The notes under the pieces: model-generated
Databases searched by the model: none
Told to the model about the DNA's origin: nothing
Seen by the model: the letters and a program-made list of their open reading frames with translations, nothing else
Virus record (IMG/VR): IMGVR_UViG_3300050195_000027
Location: 1-31,594 of that record
Origin: a virus
Taxonomy: Duplodnaviria; Caudoviricetes
Direction: 5' to 3' (one strand)
DNA: 31,594 bases
Part shown: positions 1 through 10,500 of the stretch, piece by piece
Layout: each line of letters starts with the position of its first letter
Position numbering within the stretch: the first letter of the stretch is position 1
Made by a program: the position numbers and the translations under genes

Positions 1-28
1 ATGCGGGGGCATCCATGAAACGCGGACG

Positions 29-62
29 AAAAAAAAGCTCCTGATCGCTCAGGAGCTTTTTT
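29..62. terminator. Bidirectional rho-independent terminator downstream of the host tRNA 3' end
   Basis: AAAAAAGCTCCTGA-TCGC-TCAGGAGCTTTTTT: perfect stem with A and T tracts on both sides. Confidence 0.9.
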
Positions 63-73
63 CTTTTATCGGG

Positions 74-97
74 TGGGGTGGCTAATGGGACTCGAAC
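74..97 (-). other. Prophage att site: displaced 3' fragment of a tRNA-His-like gene
   Basis: Minus strand reads GTTCGAGTCCCATTAGCCACCCCA (T-loop, acceptor stem 3' side, CCA). tRNA similarity stops at 98, so there is no full tRNA here. Confidence 0.85.
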
Positions 98-181
98 TTA
101 GGCGATGGGGTGGCTGAGGTGTACCTCAGTGGAGTGTTTACCTATGAGCTAAACACCTACAGGCCCACCTATTCCAGCCGC

Positions 182-202
182 TTTATCCCGGGTTTTATCC
201 CG
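182..202 (+). repeat. Tandem 9-bp direct repeat, putative integrase arm-type sites
   Basis: TTTATCCCG at 182-190 and 194-202 (12-bp period), about 90 bp inside att. Confidence 0.5.
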
Positions 203-224
203 TGGGGTGGCGCATACTTCACGC

Positions 225-404
225 ATGGATCTGACCGACTGGATGTTCCTAGTCTACACCCTTGCAGGGTTGGCAGCTGTTTGGTTAGCAATCACTAACC
301 ATCGGTCGGCCGCCGCGAGGAACGCTCGTCGGCTCAATGCCGACCGCGCGCCGGAGCTTGTCCAGGGCGCCGGTGCAGATCTGCGAAACGCGCCCGGGCG
401 ATAG
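225..404 (+). CDS. Possible small membrane protein
   Basis: MDLTDWMFLVYTLAGLAAVWLAI has one hydrophobic segment; overlaps the sigma gene 3' end antisense. Confidence 0.25.
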   Translation: MDLTDWMFLVYTLAGLAAVWLAITNHRSAAARNARRLNADRAPELVQGAGADLRNAPGR

Positions 405-956
405 GCCAGCCAGCGCGGCAGTGCGCTGATCAGTTGCCCCACCTGCGGCCAAGCGCGGCGCCAGCATCGTCTGCTCACGCTCGCTGAGCGCGTCGAAAGC
501 CTGTTGCAGGCGATCGAACATCAGCCGCGCCTCGACCATGTCCTCGGTGAGATCGGGGCCGACCTCGTCGACCGCGAGCGCCGCGCCAGCGCCGCGCAGT
601 TTCTGGAGCTCCAGGAGCGGCACACCCAGCGCCGCGGCGACTTCGCCCTCCCGCGCCGCGCGGCCCAGGTGATGCTCCAGCCGCCGGCGCGCTTCGGCCG
701 CCTGCGACAACTGGCGCCTGTCGCCGCGCGGCAGCATGTCCATCCGGCGCAGCTCGTCGAGCATGGCACCGCGCATCTTGGTGTTCAGGTAGGCGCTGAG
801 CGGGACGCCGCGCGCGGCGTCGAACCGCGGCAGGTGCTCGTGCACGGCGATGAGCGCGACCTGCGCCAGGTCGTCGCGATCGACGGAGGTGGGCAGGTGC
901 CGGGCGAACCCATTGGCCGCGCGCTTCGCCATGGTGACGTGCGCGGCGGTGATCAC
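285..956 (-). CDS. FliA/WhiG (sigma-28)-like RNA polymerase sigma factor
   Basis: LPTSVDRDDLAQVALI, RFDAARGVPLSAY, RGAMLDELRRMD (region 2); LGRAAREGEVAAALGV (region 3); LSEREQ...GLSPGRVSQI (region 4). Confidence 0.85.
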   Translation of the reverse strand: MITAAHVTMAKRAANGFARHLPTSVDRDDLAQVALIAVHEHLPRFDAARGVPLSAYLNTKMRGAMLDELRRMDMLPRGDRRQLSQAAEARRRLEHHLGRAAREGEVAAALGVPLLELQKLRGAGAALAVDEVGPDLTEDMVEARLMFDRLQQAFDALSEREQTMLAPRLAAGGATDQRTAALAGLSPGRVSQICTGALDKLRRAVGIEPTSVPRGGRPMVSDC

Positions 957-957
957 G

Positions 958-1488
958 TCAGCCGCGCGGATCGGTCGCCACGTCCGGCGCCGCCTGGGCC
1001 TTGCCGCGGAAGAACGACGCGACGCCCAGGATCCCGCCCATCGCCAGCCAGGCCTCGGTGGGCACGACAGGCACGGGAATATGCGCCAGCGGCAGGACGA
1101 AGTAGACGCCGCCGAACATGACCCCGAACACGAAGCCGCAGAACGGCCGCCAGCTGTAGGTCGGCCAGTGGTCGGCCTTGTCCTCGGCCTGCATGGTGGT
1201 GTTCACCGAGTTGATCGCCGCCGTGTCGGCCGCCAGGCGGTTCGCCTCGGACTGCACGAGCAGCGTCTGCAGCTGGGTCTTGCTGTCGCTGGCGATCTGC
1301 GCCAGCTTGACGGCCGCGTCGGGGTTGGTGGCCAGCGCGACCTTGACGTCGTCCGGCGTGTTGGCGCAGCCGAGCGCGCTCGACACCATGGTGCCGATCG
1401 CCGCGCCGGCCGGGCCGCCGATGAGGGTGCCCAGGATCGGTGCCGAGGCGCCGATGTCTTTGGCCAGGTCTTTCCAGTTCAAGCTCAT
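958..1488 (-). CDS. Holin-like protein (3TM/GTA-holin type)
   Basis: N-terminal APILGTLIGGPAGAAIG, SWRP motif then hydrophobic helices; directly downstream of the endolysin. Confidence 0.7.
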   Translation of the reverse strand: MSLNWKDLAKDIGASAPILGTLIGGPAGAAIGTMVSSALGCANTPDDVKVALATNPDAAVKLAQIASDSKTQLQTLLVQSEANRLAADTAAINSVNTTMQAEDKADHWPTYSWRPFCGFVFGVMFGGVYFVLPLAHIPVPVVPTEAWLAMGGILGVASFFRGKAQAAPDVATDPRG

Positions 1489-1490
1489 GA

Positions 1491-2024
1491 TCAAGCGGCC
1501 TTCAGGTTTTCAGCGATGCGCTGCGCCCAGCCGCGCCCGAAGCGCGCCCACTGGTCCGGGTTGTCGTTCAGGTAGTCGAGGCGCCAGCCGTCGAATCGGG
1601 CCAGGAGCTGCCAGGGGTCGAGCGACTGCACGGCCTGCAGCGTGCGCGCGCCGAGCACGCCATCGTCAGCGACGCCGGCGGCGCGCTGTAGCAGCTTGAT
1701 CGCGGTGAGCACCCCGCCGTTCACCGCGGTATCGAACAGGTCGAACTTGACCTGCGGCGGCGCGCCGTCGCAGCCGGCCGGTCCCCAGTAGTCGAACTGG
1801 TAGAAGGACTTCACCATGACCTGCAGCGCGCTGTCGGATTCGAGGTTCTTCGGGAACCCCGGCTGCGTGCGGGCAGCGTCGATGCGCTGCCATCCTGGCC
1901 AGGTTGGATTCATCTTGCGGGCGACGCCTTTGTACGTCTCGCCGCCCCGGTCATGCGGGTCGTTGACGTAGCCGCCCTCGTGCTGCGAGTCGACCAGCTT
2001 GGTGAACGCGTCGTCGAAATTCAT
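1491..2024 (-). CDS. Endolysin, glycoside hydrolase family 108 with peptidoglycan-binding domain
   Basis: HEGGYVNDPHDRGGET motif, FDTAVNGG, LQRAAGVADDGVLG, FGRGW. Confidence 0.9.
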   Translation of the reverse strand: MNFDDAFTKLVDSQHEGGYVNDPHDRGGETYKGVARKMNPTWPGWQRIDAARTQPGFPKNLESDSALQVMVKSFYQFDYWGPAGCDGAPPQVKFDLFDTAVNGGVLTAIKLLQRAAGVADDGVLGARTLQAVQSLDPWQLLARFDGWRLDYLNDNPDQWARFGRGWAQRIAENLKAA

Positions 2025-2224
2025 GGGCGCGCCTCCGGCTGCTTGAGCTGTACTTCGAGCCGTTCGAGCCGCGCCTCGCGGCGCAGTTTGCGCACGGCGA
2101 TGACGATCTGCAGAACGGTGAAGATGAAGGTTGCGGCGCCGAGCAGGTGCGACATGGTCAGCCAGCTGCCGATCAGTCCCAGCCAGGAGAGCACTAGCGC
2201 AAGGAACGAGTTGTCGTGGGTCAT
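2021..2224 (-). CDS. Small holin-like membrane protein (67 aa)
   Basis: MTHDNSFLALVLSWLGLIGSWL...FIFTVLQIVIAV then a basic tail; TAATG and ATGA overlaps with its neighbours. Confidence 0.7.
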   Translation of the reverse strand: MTHDNSFLALVLSWLGLIGSWLTMSHLLGAATFIFTVLQIVIAVRKLRREARLERLEVQLKQPEARP

Positions 2225-4527
2225 TAGTTTCGCCAGACGCGGCAGACGTCGGTCACGGTCAACAGCCCGTTGGCCAGGTTGCGGTAGAGGCCGATCAGGC
2301 CGCCGAAGTACGGCCCGGCGATGGTGTAGGTGCCGATCAGTGCTTCGTCGACGTAGAGCGACATGACGCCGGCCGAGGTCGTCGAAACGCGATACGTGTG
2401 CGAGGCCGTCGAGAGGTTCGTCGCGCCGATCACGGTGGTCGTGTACGTACCTGGCGCGGTCGACTCGTCGACGCTGAGGAAGCCGCTGGCGTTCAGGCCC
2501 ACGGAGATCGCGCGCTCCGCGCTCGCCGTGCCGCTGGTGCTGCCGACGTTGGCGCCGGCCAGGATGAAACCCGACGACACCGTCAACTGACCGACCCATT
2601 CGATCTCCGTGGCCGCATCGGCCATGCGCGACAACCCGCATGCCGAGTCGTCGAGGAACATCACCGACGCGACGGACGTGAGGTCCATCTTCTTGGCGAT
2701 GAGCGTGCGGTGGGACGGGACCGCGGAGGCGTTGGGCAGCACCAGCGGCTTGCTGGTCGCCCGGAATCGAAGCGCGTTCATCACCAGGTAGCCGGCCGCG
2801 TTCGACGTGATGATCAGATGGTGGATGCCGATCGACAGATTGCGCGCGATCGGCGTCTCGAAGTCCTGCAGGAAGTTGCCTGTGCCGTAGCCGGCCAGGA
2901 CCTGCGAATACGTGCCGCCCACCCCGTAGCCATCAAGGCTCACCGACACGTTCGCACAGGCGATGGAGAAGATCGGCGAGAGCAGCGAGAGATCGAGCCC
3001 GCGTTGCGTGACGTTGAAGATCACGCGGATCGACTGCCCGGTGGTATTGCCGGTGTTCAGCGACGCACCCACACGCGATGACGTGTTCAAGCCGTAGGAC
3101 GGGTTGGTCGCACGCACGTGCGCTCCGACAACCGATAGGCGCTGGTCGGCTCCGCTGACGATCGCCGCTTGCGGACCGAGCAGTGCGGCCGCGTAGTTCA
3201 GGCCGACGAAGTTGTACGTGGTCTGCGAACCGTGCGCGCCGTCAGGCAGCACGCCGATACCTGTATTGCCATCCGTGCCGATCAACTGTGTCAGCAGGTT
3301 GTTGATGTCGACCAGCACAACGCCGTGCTTGGTGGCGACGTCCTTCATGATCTGAGTGAACTTCGCCGTCGCTTCGGCCCATGCGATCGTGCCGAAAGTG
3401 CCCACCGTCAGGATCGGGTGCGGAGTCGTCAGGATAGGCGTGACGTTGTACTTGCGGCACGTGTTGATGAAGATCAGCAAGTTCGCGCGGTACGTGGCCG
3501 CGCTCGCCGCGGTGTAGACCTTCGCGTCGTTCACGCAATGGTTGCAGAGCGCAGCCTTCGCCGTCGTCGCAGCCATCTTCGCGGCGAACGTCGAGCCGCT
3601 GCCATCAGTGCCTGCGAGCATCTGGGCCAGCGTGGTGCCGCCGAGGCCCATGTTCGTGACCGTGAACGACGTGTTGCCGAAGAACGTGTTGATCGTGTTC
3701 TGGAGCTGTTGCGGCGGGGGGATGGCGACAGCAACGGCGGTGTTCGCCGGATCAGCGCCGAACTGCGTCGAATCGCCGAACGCGAGCGCTAGCTGAGCCG
3801 TGCCAAGCGACAGATTCGTCATCATGTCCGCGAGCGCGTCGACGTCGATCACGTTCAACGTGGCGAAGTTCGCGGCCGTGGACGCGGCATTCGCAGCGAT
3901 GGACGCAGTATTCGCAGCGATGGACGCGGCATTCGCATCCAGCGTGGCTTTCACGGTGGTCGCGCCGTTGCCGATCAGCGTCGACCCCGTCGGCTGCGCG
4001 AGCGCGAGCGAAAGTGCCGTCGCGGACCCTGCCGCCGGCGCGACTGCGATCGGGTTGCCGTTGGTGTCGAAGCTCAACAGGTTGTTCGCGCGCTGCGCAA
4101 TGGCCGGCAGCGCGGACACGCCAGTGATCTCGGGCACCCGCAGAGCGTTGCCGATGGAGCCGAGCGCCTGCTGAATCAGAATCGTCAGTCGGTCGAGCGC
4201 GTCCTCGATCGTCTTCGGGAAGAACCCCCCGGCGTTGGTCAGGGATGCCGGCTGCGTCAACGGGACGGCGCTCGTCACGTTCAGGACGTACCCTGCCGGA
4301 AGCGCAACGATCGGCGTGATCGTGCCGCCGGGCGAGACGCCTTGATCGGAATTCAGAACGGCGGTGAAGTTTCCGCCGAGCGTCCACGTTGTGAGGTTGC
4401 CGCTCGTGTCGGTCTGGGTGATCACCAGATCGGACGTCTGGAACACCTTGAACGCAAACGGGTAGCTGACGAGTGCCCCGGTGCCGGTGAATGGTCCGGC
4501 GGTACGGGTCGTGGTCGAGATCGTCAT
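2224..4527 (-). CDS. Tail fibre/spike with SGNH esterase domain
   Basis: Podovirus fibre anchor (YPFAFKVF...IEDALDRLTILIQQ), heptad neck, SGNH blocks FGDS / NMGLGG / NHCVND / DGAH, beta-rich C-terminus. Confidence 0.85.
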   Translation of the reverse strand: MTISTTTRTAGPFTGTGALVSYPFAFKVFQTSDLVITQTDTSGNLTTWTLGGNFTAVLNSDQGVSPGGTITPIVALPAGYVLNVTSAVPLTQPASLTNAGGFFPKTIEDALDRLTILIQQALGSIGNALRVPEITGVSALPAIAQRANNLLSFDTNGNPIAVAPAAGSATALSLALAQPTGSTLIGNGATTVKATLDANAASIAANTASIAANAASTAANFATLNVIDVDALADMMTNLSLGTAQLALAFGDSTQFGADPANTAVAVAIPPPQQLQNTINTFFGNTSFTVTNMGLGGTTLAQMLAGTDGSGSTFAAKMAATTAKAALCNHCVNDAKVYTAASAATYRANLLIFINTCRKYNVTPILTTPHPILTVGTFGTIAWAEATAKFTQIMKDVATKHGVVLVDINNLLTQLIGTDGNTGIGVLPDGAHGSQTTYNFVGLNYAAALLGPQAAIVSGADQRLSVVGAHVRATNPSYGLNTSSRVGASLNTGNTTGQSIRVIFNVTQRGLDLSLLSPIFSIACANVSVSLDGYGVGGTYSQVLAGYGTGNFLQDFETPIARNLSIGIHHLIITSNAAGYLVMNALRFRATSKPLVLPNASAVPSHRTLIAKKMDLTSVASVMFLDDSACGLSRMADAATEIEWVGQLTVSSGFILAGANVGSTSGTASAERAISVGLNASGFLSVDESTAPGTYTTTVIGATNLSTASHTYRVSTTSAGVMSLYVDEALIGTYTIAGPYFGGLIGLYRNLANGLLTVTDVCRVWRN
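3869..3937. repeat. 21-bp tandem repeat (about 3.3 copies) encoding NAASIAA heptads
   Basis: ttcgcggccgtggacgcggca / ttcgcagcgatggacgcagta / ttcgcagcgatggacgcggca. Confidence 0.8.
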
Positions 4528-4533
4528 ACAGCG

Positions 4534-4564
4534 AGTCTCTGACCCGCCTACCGACCTATGTGAA
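4534..4564 (-). promoter_or_regulatory. Putative late promoter A (tail spike)
   Basis: TTCACA-19 nt-GAGACT-6 nt-ATG. Confidence 0.7.
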
Positions 4565-4569
4565 CTCGC

Positions 4570-7500
4570 CTAGTGGTGTTTCACGTCGCCGTGCATCACG
4601 CCGTTCCACCAGTCGGTGGCGCTCGTCGGGTCAGCCCTGCCTTGACCCACGTCCCACAGGAATTGCGCGACGTTGCTTGGCTGGCCCAGCGGCAGGTTCA
4701 GCACTGCGCCCGCCGTGGCGATCGTGTGCTTCACCCATTTGTCGCTGACGTCCTTCCCGGTGAGCGCGGCCGCCGCGTCCGCGCCGCTCTTGCCGACGGT
4801 GTCGACCAGGCCCGCCGCCGGCGTCGCGCTGTAGTCGCGGCCGGTGACGTAGTGCGCGTACAGGTCGCGCGCGATCGGGATGCCACCGAAGGCCACCGAG
4901 CCGAATTCCTTGGCGGCGTAGGCCAGCCACGATTCCGTGTCGTCGTCCTTCGGCGGATGGAACAGCGCATGCATGGTCTGCACGCCGATCGTGTAGACCA
5001 GGGTGCGCATGATGACCGTGCTGGCCAACTGCGTGTCGGTCCAGTGGTTCGCTTCCTTCATCGCGGCCCGGTGCTCCGGGCTTGCGATCAGCTTGCCGGT
5101 GTCGATGAGCCGGTTCACGTTGTGGTTCCAGAACGTGTAGAACATCGTGAACAGCTTCTGGAACTCGTTGCCGCGCTGGATCGCCGCCATGTCCTTGACG
5201 CCCGTGCCACCGTGCGCGTTGCGCACGGTCTTGTCGGCGAAGTAGACAGCGTCCTCCTCGCCTAGCCCGAGGCCGCCGTCCTTGATCGGCGACATACCCT
5301 TCAGGTAGGCACCCTGCCAGGTGGGCAGCGCGGTCAGCATGTCCAGGCCCCCGATCAGGTCGAACGCGTGCGATCGCAGCACGTTGGCGCCGCGCGCCAG
5401 CGCGCCGCTGGTGGTGTCCATCAGCTTCGTGTCGAGGTCGGTCAGGTACTCGCGGATGTCGCGGTCCTGCTCGTTGGCGCGGTTGCGCATCTCGCCGCTC
5501 TTCTCGAAGATCGCGGCCTTGTTCTCCGCCCATTGGGCCGGGTTGCTGAAGTCCCACAGCCCCTTCGACATCCACTTCGGCCCCAGCTCGGCGACCGACT
5601 CCGCGCCGGCCGACAGCCCGTGCACCGCGGCGGTCGTGAGGCGGAAACCCAGGCCGACCATCGTCGCGCGCGTGCGCGCTTCGTTGGCGATGGTGTTCAG
5701 CCACTTCCAACCGCGGTTGCCGTCAGGCCCCAGCTTGCCGTCGTTGGCGATCGACTGCAACCAGGGGCGGATCTGGTCGTAATGCTCCTGGCTCAGCGCG
5801 CCGACGATCGCCTTGCGCACGACGGGGTGCGACGTGAAGCGGTCCGCGTCGATCACGGCCTCGCGCCAGGCGATGTCGTGGATCTCGTCCTTGATCATGC
5901 GCGGCAGCGCGTCGAGGTCCATCAGGATCGGGCGCGCGTAGTTCTCGTTGCGGGTGTTCATCCGCCCGGTGTCGGTGTTCGCCTTGGTGTAGATGTTCTC
6001 GAACAGCGAGTCGCCCATGCGCGCGCCGCGTTCGGCGACGTCCTGACTGCGCGCCGGGTCGTACATCAGCGGCCAGTACCAGCCGCTGCGCGTCTTGCCG
6101 TCGGCAGTTTGGAACGGCCGCGGCGCGATCTTCTCCGGCGTGGTCGCGCCCAGGCGACGACCCATCGCCACCTTCTCAGGCCACAGCGTCTCCAACGTCT
6201 TGCCCATGCCCTCGACGAAGTCCCAGTGCGCCGTCGTCATGTTCTTGTGCAGGAAGTCCCAGACCGCGGCCTCGTCCCAGCCCTCCCCCTTGGCGAGCTT
6301 GCCGAGGTTGCTCTCGTTGCCGGCGTTGCCGGCGAGCATGAGCATCTCCTTCGTCGTGAACTTCTGCGGCTTGCCGGTCAGGCCGTCGATCAGGCCGTCG
6401 GCCGTGAAGATGCCCTTCGTCTTCGCGATGTCGTCCAGGTGCGCCTTGGCGAGCGCGTCGATACCCTCCTTCGTCGCCGACAGCAGGCTGGCCTCGTGCA
6501 CGCCGGCTTCGGACATCCGTCGGAACACGACCCGGTTCATCGCGCCCATCGGGTTGCGCGCGTCGATCCAGTCGAACATCTGCTCCATCTTCAGCAGCGA
6601 CGCCTGCGCGCTGCGACCAAAGGCCTTCGCGTCGAGCCACTTCTTGGCCATGCGCGTCAGGCCGCGGTTCGACTCGCCCTCGCGCTGCGGCAGCTTCGCC
6701 GCGGAGTCGCGCACTTCGTCGGCAAGCGCGGAGATGGCGCGGGCCTCCTGACCATCGCGCAGCTGGTTCTTCAGCTTGCCCAGTTGCTCGATCGCCTTGA
6801 CCGAGTCGACCAGGCCGCGGAACGCCGCGAACGGCATGTCCTTGTAGTGCCAGCGCGCGGCCTCGTTCAGCAGGTCCTCGGGCACGTCCGGCTTGTAACC
6901 GAGGGCGGCCATCTTCTCGACCCACGACTCGAGCGATGCGCGCTTGTCCAGCGCCACGTTGCTGACGCCCTTGCGCAGGTCGGCGCGCTCGAGCAGGCGA
7001 TCGATCTGGTCGCGGTAGTCGACGTCGATATTCTCGCGGACGGAGTCCTTCTCGAACTTCTTCAGGTACTCCAGCGACTTCGCGACGAAGTCGTTCGCGT
7101 CGCGCGCGGCGCGGCCCAGTTCCATGTTCAAGAGCTGGTCGCGTTTGGCCGTTGCGGCGCCCTCCGTGTCGCCCTTCATCATGGCCTTTTCGGCCTGCGT
7201 CGCGGAGCGCGTCTCCGCGGCCCGGAACTGCCCTTCGTTGATGTCGCGGATACGTTTCACGTCGATCGTGTTCGATGCGGCTTCCTTGGCCGCAAGCACC
7301 ATGTCGGAGAGCTTGCCTTTCGCTGTGCGAGTGGCGCCGGTGGCCGCGCGCAGCGCGCGCAGCTCCGAGGCGACGAACGTCGAGCGCACCTCGTTCTGCA
7401 CCAGCTCGTCGGCCGTGCGCGCCATCGCCTCGGGCGTCGAGATCTCGCCGTGCCGCTCGAGCATGCGCTGATCGACGATGCCGGACACGACCGCGCGCGG

Positions 7501-10500
7501 CGGCTCAGCCTGCGTGATCGCGTCGACCATCGACTCGATGTCCGGGAACTGGAACATGTCCGCCACCTCGCCGGGCGCCATGCCGTGGCCGGTGGTCGTC
7601 GTCATGCGCAGGTCCTGCAGGGGCTTGGCCTTGTCCTTGCCGACAGCCTCGCGCAGCGCGTCGAGGTCGATCTTGCCGGCGCCCGTGGTCGGATCCTTGG
7701 ATGCGGTGTCGGGCTTCGGCGGAGCGACCGGCTTCGGGTGCTCGGCGTCGTAGTCGATCATCGCGCGCTTGATGTCGAGGTCGATCCGCGCGCGGTTCTT
7801 CGCGAGCCACTGGCCCTTGGCCAGGCCCAGGTTCTTCGCCGGCAGCTTCGACTCGGGCGCCGCTTCCCAGGCCTTCGCCTTGACCTCGGCCTTCGCCTCG
7901 GCCTCGTGCTCGCTGCGCTTCTCGCTCCAGTCGCGCACCGCCTGCTGGTGCTCGGCGTTGATCTCGTCGGGCAGCTGCGCGCTGTCCTTGCCGGTGAGGA
8001 ACGACCAGGCGCGATAGACCGGCTCGCGCATCACTTCCGACCGTACCTCGAGCGTGATCGCCTGGCGCTTCACCGCGGCGTCGCGCTGTACGGCGCGCAG
8101 CGACGAGGTGCGCAGCCGGTCGGTCTTGGCCATGTCCTTCATGGTCTTGCCGATCAGGCTCTCGATCGCCTGCTCGGTGGCGTCCTTGCCGGTCGCCTGA
8201 TACTTGGCCCAGTCCTCCGGCGACATGCCGGACTTCTCCGGCGAATCGAACAGCGGCATGTACTTGCGAGCCATCTCGGCCTGATGGATCGCGTCGGTGC
8301 TGGCGATCATCCGGTCAAAAACGCCGCGCACCTCCGGCGTGAAGTCGCCCGGGGCGCCCTTCAGCGTCTGGTAGACCGACATCATCCACGCGCGGAAGCG
8401 CGAGAACAGGCCGCGCAGTTCCAGCGTGGGCGCCTGCCCCTTCATGAGGTAGGTCTCCCAGCCGGTGGCGAAGGCCTCGTGATGTTCGCGCTGCTCGTTG
8501 ACCGACATCTCGTGCCAGTCGTCCAGCGTGCCGATGCCTTGCCACTTCAGGAACGCGGCCATGTCGGCCTTGACCTGCGCCGGCGCGTCGGCCTGGGCCG
8601 CCATGTGGCTCAGCGTGTCGAGGAAAAAGTGGCCCAGCTCGTGCTGGAAGGTCGACAGGTTCGCGTCCTTCAGGAGCGCGATGGTCTTTTGGCCCGGGCT
8701 GAACTCGCCTCGGGCCTTCTGCGCTACGCGCTCCTGGTAGAAGCTGCCAGCGAGGCCGCTACCAGCGTCTTCGCCTCGACCACCCTCGACCCGATATAGC
8801 TCGTCCAGAAGTGCTCGTCGTGCTCCCTCGCCTTGTAGAAGGGAATGGAACAGAGCATTTCGACGTAGAGTGGCTTGGCCTGGCGCACCAGCGCCCGCGT
8901 CTCCGCGACCGAAGTCCGAAAGGACTCGGAAGACATCAGGGCCGTCAACGACGGCGCCTTCTGAGTCTGCGAAGCGGCCATGGGCCGCATCATACCGAAT
9001 CCCGTCCGAAATCGGGGCCAACTTTGCGTTGGCGCCGGTGGTCGCATCCATGAGCGAACGCACGTTGGCGAGCGTGTCGCCGGCCTTCCATGCCAGTGGC
9101 GGCACGGTCTTGTCGCCCTTGAGCTGTTTCGGGTGCGGCTCGAGGTGATCGGTCGTGCCGTACTTCACGGCCGACGACAGCATGTTCTCCGCGCGCCGCA
9201 CCATGGCCGCCTTGGACACGCCGGCCGGGTCACCGACGAACTTCAGGCCGTTGTTGCGCGCGTAGTTGGCGGCCAGGTCGTAGACCAAGCTGCCACCGCT
9301 GCCGGGCTTCAGGCCGGCCACGTTGATCCAGACCTTGTCGCCGTGGCGGGTCATGATCGCGGTGCCGCTGCCATCGGGCGACACGATGTCCCAGTTGCCG
9401 GTGTGCTTCTCGCTGCCGTCCATCTGCGTGACCGTCTCGGGCGTCACCTTCAGGCCAAGCGACTTGTCGGCCGCGATCTTGACCGGGTCCTTCTCGTTGG
9501 ACTTCGGGTACTGGAACAGGTCGTCGCGCTTGCCCATCTCCATCAGCGCGGCGGCCGGGCCGAGGTGATCGTCCTCGATGTGCGGCACGTCCTGGGCGTA
9601 CTTGTCGCCGAGCAGCTCGCGATTAGTGGCCTTGACAGGGTACTTCGCAGCGAATTCGTCCGGCATCACGCCGGTGCGGTCGGCCTGCGTCTTGTAGAAC
9701 TCGCGCAGCAACATGCTGTTCGCCTCGAGCTGGTCGGGGCGCATCTTCAGGCCGGCGAGGTTGGCGTCAACCTGGGCGTTCATGCGATCGACGCTCGCCT
9801 GGTAGGCCGCGTTGTTGTCGTGCGTGTCCGCCAGCGCCTGCGCGCGGGACTGCAGATCGGCCTGCTGCTCTTGCTTGAGCGTGTCGCCCTCGGCGGCCGT
9901 GCCGCTTTCCGGCGTCACGCGCGCGTTCGCGAGGAACTGCTGCTCGAACTTGCTGCCCGCAATGTGCGTCGCGAAGTCCTCGATCGGGATCGTCACCAGC
10001 GCATTGCGCGGCGCGTTCTCCCCGAGCGCAGCGTCCATCTGGCTCGCGACATCAGGCATGGTCTGGCGCAGCTCGTCACCGGACACGCCGGCCTGCTGCA
10101 GGATCTCGGCGAACTTCGCTCCCTCGATGTGCACGCTGTGCATGTCGCTGCCATCCGCGGCGTCAGCCACGAACTGCTTGAACGCCGCAGGGTCGCGCTC
10201 GCGCAGCTTGCTAGCGACAGCCGCCTTCGAGATCTCCGCGAGTTGTGCGTTCTGGGCTTCGCTTCGGGCGGCCTGATAGGCCTCGGCATAGCTGTCGCGA
10301 ACCGCGGGCAGCGCCGAGGCGTCGCGCGGCCCCATGGCGCCGCCGAGCGCGGCGCCGGTGATCATCGACAGGAACTGGTTCTCCCAATCGAACGACGTCT
10401 GCATCGTGTCGGGCGATGCAGCGTTCATGATCTGGCGGGACGCCTCACCGGACGCGGCGCCGCTCAGCGCCCCGGTCAGCACGCGCTTCACCAGGCCACC

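Noticed and set aside
74-150. Complete tRNA gene
   Set aside because: Only the 24-nt 3' part matches; no anticodon or D arm
285-4527. Diversity-generating retroelement as in BPP-1
   Set aside because: No reverse transcriptase and no TR/VR repeat pair seen in the window
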